Positions 1 to 6,824 of a DNA stretch of 60,247 nucleotides are shown here, in pieces. Within the stretch, counting starts at the first letter, position 1; every line of letters starts with the position of its first letter. Position numbers and translations under genes: made by a program. The notes beneath the pieces are model-generated. The model ran no database searches, was not told the origin of the DNA, and worked only from the letters and a program-made list of their open reading frames with translations. Source of the stretch: a virus (Duplodnaviria; Caudoviricetes); the IMG/VR virus record IMGVR_UViG_3300023118_000002, positions 1 through 60,247 of that record, one strand, 5' to 3'.

Positions 1-127
1 AGGGTTTTGCTCACTTTCCGGTAGCGCGTTAGTTACTTCATCCATTAGATAGTGGCTCTAGGAAACGCGTAGATAAAGAGCACAATACCCAGTACAAGGT
101 TGAATGCTCCGATGAGAGACAGCCCGG
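1..127. repeat. 127 bp end overlap, identical to 60121..60247; indicates a circular/complete assembly
   Basis: Exact identity of both ends; 127 is a common assembler k-mer; the repeat cuts through genes. Confidence 0.95.
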
Positions 128-251
128 TACTCACTCCGGAAGACATACCTACGCCACGTGCCATGTAGGACCAGAATCGCAGAATGTATGCAATACCAAT
201 GATCAAGGCAAGGACCGCGATGAAAAAAAGCAGGAGGTTAAGGAAGAGCAT
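45..251 (-). CDS. small two-TM membrane protein
   Basis: Two hydrophobic stretches; GAAAGG upstream; stop overlaps the start of the next gene across the circular junction. Confidence 0.75.
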   Translation of the reverse strand: MLFLNLLLFFIAVLALIIGIAYILRFWSYMARGVGMSSGVSTGLSLIGAFNLVLGIVLFIYAFPRATI

Positions 252-372
252 GGTAGTACCTTTCTAAAAGTTAGTGAGGGGCGCAATTATCTCTAGGGGG
301 GATGAGATTTTGCTGTCTTTTATATCTGGCCTAATCGGGGGAACCGGCCAAGAGCCCACATCAAATATGTTA

Positions 373-1956
373 CTAGCGGTTCATCGAACGGCGGCGAATC
401 ACAACGCTGGCTGCGAAGAGAATCACACCGAAGATGAAGATCCCAAGAGCAATGGCACTCGTGGAGTTGGTGTTGGAGCTCGCACCAGTTGATGCAAGAA
501 CTTCAGCCGGGACAGGAGTCGTCTTGACAACTACCGGAGCAATCGTCTCGACAGGAGCAGGAGTCGTCGGCGTAACAACTACCGGGGGCTCCACAACAGG
601 CGGCTTTGCGTACTTCAGATCGAAGCAGTCACCCTTTGCTGCAACGAGAGTCGCTCCGTCACCCTTGGCATAGGACGAACCAGTCTGCCAATGGATGGAA
701 GTGATCTTGTTGTGCGGGTAGGCCGCGGCGATCTCAGCAATGGTCTTGCCAAGGAACACGTTCTTGCTACCGACATTCGCAACCGAGGCCTGAGTGACAT
801 TGTGATCGGTGATGGAAAGGGAGTTGTAACCACCCAGTCCGTCGCCAGTCAGGTCCACCACGAACCGGAAGAAGATGCCGTTTCCGACAACATCCTTATC
901 GGTCCAGTTGATGCCCGTAAAGCCCTGCAGGTTGCCGTTGGTCGGGTAACCGAACTCCACCGGAGTCTTATCGCCCTGGCTCACAAACGACTTGCCATCT
1001 GCAATATCTGCAGGAGCGTGGTCATCTGACTCAGTGTAAGCGCCACCGACGAACGTACACTTCTCGCCTGCAACCGGAGGAGCGACGTAGCAAGCAGCCG
1101 AAGCGTCTGTGCTTTGAGTTACACCAGTTGCAGGAAGCACGACGAGCGTCTGAGAAAGCAGGCCAACGACCTTGGTTCCCTTCGGGTACTTCGCATCAAA
1201 GCCAGGTCCAACTTTCTGAACGGTGGCAATATACGTACCAGGTCCCGTGTATGCCTTGTTCAAATATACGCGGAAGCCGTCACCCTCGTACCCGTTCGGG
1301 TTCTGGGCAGCAGGCCAACTCGTCAGAGGCAGCAATCCAGCAGTGTCACACGTGGGGGGATTGACCGCAAGCGGCCCAACCTCGATTGTGGTAACGGTGC
1401 AGGCGGGGGTAGTGAAGACGTTGTAAACCTGACCGGAAGCCGGCCAAGACTCGTCTCCTCCGTTGAGAACACCCTTGGTAACTAGAGCGGTCGTCTTCGC
1501 ATCATCCGCGTAGAGATCGAACTGGTAAGTCGTCCCACACTTGGTAGCGAAACTGTCGAACTGGTGGACATCCGTGCTGGTGGTCAGACCGTCATGCACG
1601 AGTGCCTGGGGGAATTTAGGCTGCAAGTTGAGCGCGCCCTCCCAGATAGCCGCGTGGTACGTCACGACGGGTGCCGTTTTCGTCTCCTGCACCGGCTCCG
1701 TGGACACCGGCGTAACCTCTGTGACGGGGTCCGGGGAAGTAGACTTCGGGAGTTCCGAGGGCGTAACGTTCGGCTCGGAAACCGGCTTCTGGGCTTCGAC
1801 TGGCGTCGTCGACTCGACGGTAGGGGTCTCGGTGACGACCTGAGCCGTATCCGTGGGCGTGCCGACCTCGTCTGCTGTGGCGGGGCCGGCCAGTGCTAAA
1901 CCCCCGAAACCGAGGGACAGGACTAGTCCTGCTGCTGCAAAGATCTTTTTCATCAT
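373..1956 (-). CDS. secreted sortase-anchored (LAxTG) cell-surface protein
   Basis: Signal peptide, Pro/Thr linkers, C-terminal LASTG + TM helix + RRRS tail; AAGGAG RBS. Confidence 0.85.
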   Translation of the reverse strand: MMKKIFAAAGLVLSLGFGGLALAGPATADEVGTPTDTAQVVTETPTVESTTPVEAQKPVSEPNVTPSELPKSTSPDPVTEVTPVSTEPVQETKTAPVVTYHAAIWEGALNLQPKFPQALVHDGLTTSTDVHQFDSFATKCGTTYQFDLYADDAKTTALVTKGVLNGGDESWPASGQVYNVFTTPACTVTTIEVGPLAVNPPTCDTAGLLPLTSWPAAQNPNGYEGDGFRVYLNKAYTGPGTYIATVQKVGPGFDAKYPKGTKVVGLLSQTLVVLPATGVTQSTDASAACYVAPPVAGEKCTFVGGAYTESDDHAPADIADGKSFVSQGDKTPVEFGYPTNGNLQGFTGINWTDKDVVGNGIFFRFVVDLTGDGLGGYNSLSITDHNVTQASVANVGSKNVFLGKTIAEIAAAYPHNKITSIHWQTGSSYAKGDGATLVAAKGDCFDLKYAKPPVVEPPVVVTPTTPAPVETIAPVVVKTTPVPAEVLASTGASSNTNSTSAIALGIFIFGVILFAASVVIRRRSMNR

Positions 1957-2241
1957 TTACTCCTTGTTTGGGTCGTGCCTGAATATTTCGATGGTGTCTG
2001 CTCTGTTTAGAAGTACCGGGGGAATTGCGAGGAGTGGTGCTGTCGTTTCGTAAACAACATCTGTTCCAACCGCTAGATGAATCTGAATTGCGTTTATAGT
2101 TCCAACTTCGCCATGACCTTCAATATCAACGAAATACGGAACTTCAGAGTCAGCTGCCAGAGCTTTGCGGTATTCACTTTTACCAGATCTTGGTGGACCT
2201 GTCAAAATAGTGAAATGGCCTTTTTGTACTGCCGACATCAT
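1957..2241 (-). CDS. small P-loop NTPase/kinase-like protein
   Basis: Walker A-like GPPRSGKS; AAGGAG RBS. Confidence 0.6.
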   Translation of the reverse strand: MMSAVQKGHFTILTGPPRSGKSEYRKALAADSEVPYFVDIEGHGEVGTINAIQIHLAVGTDVVYETTAPLLAIPPVLLNRADTIEIFRHDPNKE

Positions 2242-2248
2242 TTACTCC

Positions 2249-2359
2249 TTACAGAATGTAGAAACCGTTTTCATCCTGAGGAGGAAGGTTACCGGCTTCA
2301 ATCAAATTACCGATCAGGTCGGCCAAATCAAATATATCTTGAACGGTCATGTCGTCCAT
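2249..2359 (-). CDS. 36 aa acidic micro-protein (MDDMTVQDIFDLADLIG...)
   Basis: Hand translation; AAGGAGGA RBS; fills the gap. Confidence 0.55.
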   Translation of the reverse strand: MDDMTVQDIFDLADLIGNLIEAGNLPPQDENGFYIL

Positions 2360-2424
2360 GGTTCCTCCTTAAGTTGAAAGCGAAGGGGGCCAAGCGATTG
2401 CTCAGCCCCCAAATATATAGCTAG

Positions 2425-2607
2425 TTACTCAGCAGCCTTTTTGGCCGCATCGGTAATGTCCTCAAGGACCTCGACTGCCTTGTCGCTGGGTGCGATCTTG
2501 ATGAGGCCGGCAGCGAGCGTGACAGCTACGACACCTGCACCGATGATCACGGTACGACGGATGATGGTGCCCTTGTTGGCGTTGATGGTGCGGATGAAGT
2601 TCTTCAT
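2425..2607 (-). CDS. small single-TM protein
   Basis: AAGGAGAAAACTGATG start context; hydrophobic segment; followed by hairpin ~2385-2411. Confidence 0.75.
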   Translation of the reverse strand: MKNFIRTINANKGTIIRRTVIIGAGVVAVTLAAGLIKIAPSDKAVEVLEDITDAAKKAAE

Positions 2608-2780
2608 CAGTTTTCTCCTTGTTTGGGTTTTGAATCGAGTAACTCTTGAAGATGCTCTACAAGAGTCGTCATAACTATTTCTTGTGTGTCTAAAACAGAT
2701 CCAACTAAGAACGCAACTACAACCTGCTGTTCTCGAGTCATTTCGTCATAGACGTCTTGAACGGTTCTTGCTTTAGTCAC
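2607..2780 (-). CDS. 57 aa protein resembling the capsid scaffold helix (MTKARTVQDVYDEMTREQQVVVAFLVGSVL...)
   Basis: Hand translation; GTG start with AAGGA upstream; TGA overlaps the next ATG. Confidence 0.65.
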   Translation of the reverse strand: MTKARTVQDVYDEMTREQQVVVAFLVGSVLDTQEIVMTTLVEHLQELLDSKPKQGEN

Positions 2781-2876
2781 AATCCGGTTCCTTCACATTC
2801 CGGACAGTGGCAGACTTCGAATTCCATGTAGCCGCACGCTTCGCATTTACACGGTCCCCGATCGTCTGGTACCAGA

Positions 2877-3671
2877 TCATTGAAACATCGATCTGTAGTC
2901 TTGCCGGGGGAGAGCTCGGAAGCTAATGGCAAGACAAGGCCTCCCATCCGGAGTCAGCGCACTGTTGAACTCGATACTCATCTTGTTCTCAGGAGCGAAT
3001 CCGACCTGTTCGCCGACAACGGCGTCTTCGAGACCTACCAGGTGATAGAACTCGTTGAGTGACATGTACATCTCACCGTCAATAAGCATTTCGTTGATGT
3101 CGTTCTGAGCAGAACGAATCTTCTCCATACTCGAGGTGAAATATCGACGGGTGTAGGTGTCGAGGCAAAGTACGTCTCCGGTACCGATCACAAGAGCGTC
3201 TTCGCTAGGCGGAGGATTCTTTTCGATCTGCTTCTTGACTACCTCGGTACGGACCTGATCTTCCTTGGTCTTTCCGAGTGCCTCTACTACCTGCTCTTTG
3301 TACTCCTGGAACGCGCCTTCAGTAATTGCGAAAGCACCTACAAGAGCGGCCTGACGCCTCGAGTTGATGCTCTGAGCACCGATGATACAGGCGACCGTTG
3401 CAGCTCCAGTTGACAATGCCGGAATATAAAGCGTCCAGTTGAGCTTGACCAGATCCCAATTGGTAAGAAGCTTAGGTTCAGCTCCTCCTGCTTTATATTC
3501 CGCCTCCATGTCACTGATGAGGTTGTCGGTTTTACGGACGGCTCTAGGTGTTGCTTTGACCGCCAGTATAGCTGTACTGAAAACTCCAGCTACGGCCAGA
3601 CCCGTCAGGATGACAGGTGACTTTGTTTGAACGCCTTTTACAGCATTCCTAGCGACGACGGCGAGGGACAT
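2877..3671 (-). CDS. conserved phage protein (DUF6353-like), paralog of 55234..56133
   Basis: Two hydrophobic helices then LNEFY..LG...GF block shared with the paralog. Confidence 0.7.
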   Translation of the reverse strand: MSLAVVARNAVKGVQTKSPVILTGLAVAGVFSTAILAVKATPRAVRKTDNLISDMEAEYKAGGAEPKLLTNWDLVKLNWTLYIPALSTGAATVACIIGAQSINSRRQAALVGAFAITEGAFQEYKEQVVEALGKTKEDQVRTEVVKKQIEKNPPPSEDALVIGTGDVLCLDTYTRRYFTSSMEKIRSAQNDINEMLIDGEMYMSLNEFYHLVGLEDAVVGEQVGFAPENKMSIEFNSALTPDGRPCLAISFRALPRQDYRSMFQ

Positions 3672-3867
3672 AAATTGCCTCCGGCTTTCTAATTGTGTTT
3701 ACATCATAAAGTACGCGGCCGTTTGCGAATTTACGAATTGCTCTATTCATCCTGCGCCGTTCAAAGAATCTACGCAGGCTGTTTGCGATCGGTTTGCGGA
3801 AATATCCCAACCACAGCAAAGCTGCAAGAGGAATAGCGATCGACCACGGGATGTTATCGGGTGTCAT
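3649..3867 (-). CDS. small single-TM protein
   Basis: Extended RBS TCTTGAAAGGAG before ATG 3867. Confidence 0.7.
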   Translation of the reverse strand: MTPDNIPWSIAIPLAALLWLGYFRKPIANSLRRFFERRRMNRAIRKFANGRVLYDVNTIRKPEAIYVPRRRR

Positions 3868-3874
3868 TTGTTCT

Positions 3875-3886
3875 CTCCTTTCAAGA
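3875..3886 (-). promoter_or_regulatory. extended RBS TCTTGAAAGGA(G); representative of ~12 copies
   Basis: Other copies at ~4134, 4930, 5667, 5992 (variant), 6343, 6780, 42404, 44025, 46376, 57932, 58544, each just upstream of a start codon. Confidence 0.85.
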
Positions 3887-3890
3887 AAGA

Positions 3891-3923
3891 AAGCCATACC
3901 ACAGGATTAGTGTGATATGGCTT
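3891..3923 (-). terminator. hairpin plus T-rich tail
   Basis: AAGCCATATCACA-CTAATCC-TGTGGTATGGCTT then TCTTTC. Confidence 0.6.
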
Positions 3924-3947
3924 ATTGCAGTTTTGCAGTTGGCGAGA

Positions 3948-4127
3948 TTACTCGGCCGACTCTTCTTCGGGCAGGACCGCGTTGAGGATTGCTCCAGAGA
4001 TCAGCGTGACCGCGACCGCTGTTGCAACACCGAGAACGATGTTCACGGCAAGCTTGGTGGCGAGGGCTTTGCTGACCTTCTTGAGCTCATCCTTGTTGAG
4101 GTCTTTGATGACGGTAGAGGTGGGCAT
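3948..4127 (-). CDS. small single-TM protein
   Basis: Promoter motif and extended RBS upstream; hydrophobic segment. Confidence 0.75.
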   Translation of the reverse strand: MPTSTVIKDLNKDELKKVSKALATKLAVNIVLGVATAVAVTLISGAILNAVLPEEESAE

Positions 4128-4155
4128 TGTAGTTCCTTTCAAGAGGTATTACTGG

Positions 4156-4182
4156 TCATTATATGCCCTGTTTTTTGCGCGA
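4156..4182 (-). promoter_or_regulatory. phage promoter motif copy 1
   Basis: TCGC GCAAAAA ACA GGGCA TATAATGA. Confidence 0.8.
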
Positions 4183-4183
4183 G

Positions 4184-4540
4184 TTATCCGGGGTAACGGA
4201 GCTCGATATACTCTTCCGAGAAATCAGCCGAGTCAGTCACGAAGAGCTTTACACCTACGAGCGTGTCATCAACTAAATTGTTATTCCCTCGAGGCATGAG
4301 GAACGAGGGGAACGTGTTTACGAACAGGTTAAGGTCAACCATCGGAGTAACCGTGCGATACACAACGTGCAAAGCTGGCTCCCCCTCAGATGCAAACCAA
4401 GTATCACCCTGAATATCCAGAGCAGGCTCGATGTAGGGAGTGTCCGGATTGGCCTGAGGAGGCAGTAGTCGATACATCTGCGCTTCCAGTACACCGATCT
4501 CTTCGGGCATGATACCCATGTGAATTGCAAGACTCATCAA
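4184..4540 (-). CDS. hypothetical protein
   Basis: 118 aa ORF, AAGGAG RBS, overlaps upstream stop. Confidence 0.7.
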   Translation of the reverse strand: MMSLAIHMGIMPEEIGVLEAQMYRLLPPQANPDTPYIEPALDIQGDTWFASEGEPALHVVYRTVTPMVDLNLFVNTFPSFLMPRGNNNLVDDTLVGVKLFVTDSADFSEEYIELRYPG

Positions 4541-4710
4541 TCTTCTCCTTCTAGGTGGTCTACGATCTTCGCAAACTCGAGGTTGTCATTAAGTGTCCGA
4601 AGCATCTCGAAAGCTTCGTTTAGTGCTTTGATTTCATCTTCTTTGCGGATCAGGGCAAATATACTTACACCCAGGGCTGCACTTGCGATGACGATAGCGA
4701 TTTTATTCAT
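4537..4710 (-). CDS. small protein with N-terminal TM helix
   Basis: MNKIAIVIASAALGVSIFAL; fills the gap. Confidence 0.65.
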   Translation of the reverse strand: MNKIAIVIASAALGVSIFALIRKEDEIKALNEAFEMLRTLNDNLEFAKIVDHLEGED

Positions 4711-4770
4711 ACGCGACCTTTGCAAAGTAAAACCCTAGGCCGTGAGGCTTTCGGGTATTGGATCTTTTAG

Positions 4771-4923
4771 TTAAACGAGTTTGGATGCTCGGTAGGCGTA
4801 TGCGGAGGATTCCACAGTCTTAGCGACGGCCTTCAGGAGTCCGGTTGCTACTACAGCAGCGGACAAGAGAATGGTCGCGGCGAAGATGGGGTCTTCTTCG
4901 AAACGGGCTTTGAGTTTCTTCAT
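4771..4923 (-). CDS. small single-TM protein
   Basis: Promoter and extended RBS upstream; hairpin 4729-4759 downstream. Confidence 0.75.
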   Translation of the reverse strand: MKKLKARFEEDPIFAATILLSAAVVATGLLKAVAKTVESSAYAYRASKLV

Positions 4924-4945
4924 TGGTTTTCCTTTCAAGAGGGTT

Positions 4946-4972
4946 TCATTATAGGGGTTGTTTTTAATGCGA
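4946..4972 (-). promoter_or_regulatory. phage promoter motif copy 2
   Basis: TCGC ATTAAAA ACA ACCCC TATAATGA. Confidence 0.8.
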
Positions 4973-5085
4973 GGCTTTATGGCATTTGCAATCACAGTCT
5001 ACGTGTGCGCCTTTATACCCCCGAATATCGTTCTTGCATTCTTCGTGGTTGCCCATAAAGCATTCGTTGGTAAGTGCTTCTCCAC

Positions 5086-5316
5086 TCACGTAGTCACCTC
5101 CTCATCCACCTTGAGAGTTGTCAGCTCGAGGTTCGGATAATGGCGCGCGAAGACGGATTCCGGCATGATCAGAAAGCGCGGACGCTCGCTCCAATCCTCG
5201 ACCAGAATCCAGCCAATGTTCGTGGTGTAAGCCCGCTCATCGACACCTGAAATATGATGCAGGAGATTGGTGTTTTTCTCGGTTACTTTCCAGGCTTTTG
5301 TTTCTTGATTAGCCAT
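5086..5316 (-). CDS. hypothetical protein
   Basis: 76 aa ORF coupled to upstream stop (TAATG). Confidence 0.65.
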   Translation of the reverse strand: MANQETKAWKVTEKNTNLLHHISGVDERAYTTNIGWILVEDWSERPRFLIMPESVFARHYPNLELTTLKVDEEVTT

Positions 5317-5456
5317 TACTTTGCTTCCTCTTCCGCGCGAGCGATCTTGAGTTGTTCTTCCCAGTGCTCAACTTCGTCCCAGAAGCCGAGGCCTGTAGCC
5401 AGCTTACAAAGCTTCTCGAGCGATTCAATCGAATATCCGGTACTGTTGGTCATCAT
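5316..5456 (-). CDS. 46 aa hypothetical protein (MMTNSTGYSIESLEKLCK...)
   Basis: Hand translation; AAGGAGTAAATGATG start context. Confidence 0.6.
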   Translation of the reverse strand: MMTNSTGYSIESLEKLCKLATGLGFWDEVEHWEEQLKIARAEEEAK

Positions 5457-5463
5457 TTACTCC

Positions 5464-5661
5464 TTAAGACAAACGGTTTATCAGGATCTTGCTGAGTGTG
5501 TTGAGTCCGATTATGATGGCGATTCCAACGATGAGCTTCTCTGCTGCGTGGTCAATTACATACGTGACCTGGGCAGGAATCGGAATATCGTTTGTAGCAG
5601 GTTCAGGTGCTGCTTTGGGTTGCTCTTTTACGATGCGAACCTCGAGTTTACGACCAAGCAT
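5464..5661 (-). CDS. small protein with C-terminal TM helix
   Basis: Extended RBS before ATG 5661; the longer ORF-track start runs through a promoter and an ncRNA. Confidence 0.7.
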   Translation of the reverse strand: MLGRKLEVRIVKEQPKAAPEPATNDIPIPAQVTYVIDHAAEKLIVGIAIIIGLNTLSKILINRLS

Positions 5662-5706
5662 AGGGTCTCCTTTCAAGAGAAAAATTATAACCTGTGTTAG
5701 GTTACT

Positions 5707-5763
5707 GAAAAATATCTTACGGATTCGAACCGTGACGCCCCACAATGTGCGAGAGTATCTTTC
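5707..5763 (-). ncRNA. putative ~57 nt tRNA-like small RNA with T-loop
   Basis: Closing stem GAAAGATA/TATTTTTC, hairpin CTCGCA/TGTGGG, T-arm ACGG-TTCGAAT-CCGT; lies between promoter copy 3 and hairpin TAACCT/AGGTTA plus T-run. Confidence 0.5.
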
Positions 5764-5788
5764 ACTATAGGGCTTGTAATTCATGCGA
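5762..5788 (-). promoter_or_regulatory. phage promoter motif copy 3
   Basis: TCGC ATGAATT ACA AGCCC TATAGTGA. Confidence 0.8.
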
Positions 5789-5822
5789 AAAACTATAGGC
5801 CTTGTTAGGGCCCAATAGCTTT
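5788..5822 (-). terminator. hairpin whose T-run abuts the next promoter
   Basis: GCTATTGGGCC-CTAACAA-GGCCTATAGT-TTTT-CGC. Confidence 0.65.
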
Positions 5823-5985
5823 ATTGGATGTTGAACGGGTGATCTTCGGTGACAATTCCGTGAAATGCTTTTTTATTCAAGTTTTGGAGCTTTCGGAGTG
5901 AGAGACCAACTACGATCGCGGTTGCGAGGCAGACAGTCCCAAACAGGATAGCTACTTGCGTTGAGGTAAGTTGCGATTCATTCAT
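5821..5985 (-). CDS. 54 aa single-TM protein (MNESQLTSTQVAILFGTVCLATAIVVGLSL...)
   Basis: Hand translation; promoter copy 4 and GAAAGGA RBS upstream. Confidence 0.7.
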   Translation of the reverse strand: MNESQLTSTQVAILFGTVCLATAIVVGLSLRKLQNLNKKAFHGIVTEDHPFNIQ

Positions 5986-6006
5986 TGGTTTTCCTTTCAG
6001 AGGGGT

Positions 6007-6033
6007 TCATTATAGGCTATGTTTTCCTTGCGA
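6007..6033 (-). promoter_or_regulatory. phage promoter motif copy 4
   Basis: TCGC AAGGAAA ACA TAGCC TATAATGA. Confidence 0.8.
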
Positions 6034-6073
6034 AAAACTATAACCTTTGTGGAATTACCGTGAGGTTATAGTT
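6033..6073 (-). terminator. hairpin whose T-run abuts the next promoter
   Basis: AACTATAACCT...AGGTTATAGTT followed by TTT-CGC. Confidence 0.65.
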
Positions 6074-6078
6074 GGATG

Positions 6079-6336
6079 TTAGTTTGCGGGTATAAACCAC
6101 ATGGGGGTGTTTGGTGCAACGACTGTTTCAATGATTTCGGTAACGCCGTACTTGCGTACATCATCGAGGTACGGGTTGGACAACATTTCTTCGTACACCT
6201 TTTTAAGTTCGAGATCAGGGGCATGTTTGAGCGACACTGCTGCGTAGGCAATGACCGCTCCTCCAATTGCTGCTCCGGCGTAAAGGGCGTAAAAAGTCAG
6301 TTCGTCTTTATGGTTTTTGATGAATGTCTTAAGCAT
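6079..6336 (-). CDS. small single-TM protein
   Basis: Promoter copy 5 and extended RBS. Confidence 0.75.
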   Translation of the reverse strand: MLKTFIKNHKDELTFYALYAGAAIGGAVIAYAAVSLKHAPDLELKKVYEEMLSNPYLDDVRKYGVTEIIETVVAPNTPMWFIPAN

Positions 6337-6365
6337 GGGGTTCTCCTTTCAAGAGAAATTAGGGT

Positions 6366-6392
6366 TCATTATAGGCCGTGTTTTCCTTGCGA
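6366..6392 (-). promoter_or_regulatory. phage promoter motif copy 5
   Basis: TCGC AAGGAAA ACA CGGCC TATAATGA. Confidence 0.8.
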
Positions 6393-6409
6393 AAAAATAT
6401 AACGTATGT

Positions 6410-6456
6410 AAAAAGGGAGGACTAGTCGGCTATTAAGCGTTCTAGTCCTCCCTTTT
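6410..6456 (-). terminator. strong intrinsic terminator
   Basis: AAAAGGGAGGACTAG...CTAGTCCTCCCTTTT perfect 15 bp inverted repeat. Confidence 0.8.
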
Positions 6457-6485
6457 GGGAGTGCTATTGATTGGGTTAGCGGGTA

Positions 6486-6773
6486 TCAGATTTTCTTGAT
6501 CATACTGTAGCTTTTCGAGGTGACAGCACCGATCGATTCTTTCGAGATCACGAGGAGGATTCCGAGGATGTTCACTCCAGCACTGACCCAAACGTCTTTG
6601 CTTACGGCGGTCTTCTTTGGCTTGTTGCCATTGAGGACGTCGTTGAGTTTGACAATTTGGTCTGTGATGCGAGCGTACTCCGCGGAATCGGGATCGTGGG
6701 TTTCGAGATCGGCGATTGCGATGTTGATCATCTTTTCAAGGTGAGGGTATTGTTCAGGTGTTTTCTTCAACAC
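6486..6773 (-). CDS. small membrane protein
   Basis: Promoter copy 6 and extended RBS before GTG; C-terminal hydrophobic helix. Confidence 0.75.
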   Translation of the reverse strand: MLKKTPEQYPHLEKMINIAIADLETHDPDSAEYARITDQIVKLNDVLNGNKPKKTAVSKDVWVSAGVNILGILLVISKESIGAVTSKSYSMIKKI

Positions 6774-6796
6774 GAGGGTCTCCTTTCAAGAGGGGT

Positions 6797-6823
6797 TCAC
6801 TATAGCACTTGTTTTTACTGCGA
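6797..6823 (-). promoter_or_regulatory. phage promoter motif copy 6
   Basis: TCGC AGTAAAA ACA AGTGC TATAGTGA. Confidence 0.8.
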
Positions 6824-6824
6824 A

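Noticed and set aside
1-127. Biological direct terminal repeat
   Set aside because: Length equals a common assembler k-mer, it interrupts genes, and a better terminus candidate exists at 33680-33688
2608-2876. Non-coding RNA in the apparent gap
   Set aside because: Hand translation shows a 57 aa ORF and a Cys-rich frame filling it
3875-6823. CRISPR array or integron attC cassettes
   Set aside because: Repeats are degenerate promoter/RBS motifs separated by ORFs of variable length; no cas operon or integron integrase; the Cas4-like gene is a typical stand-alone phage nuclease
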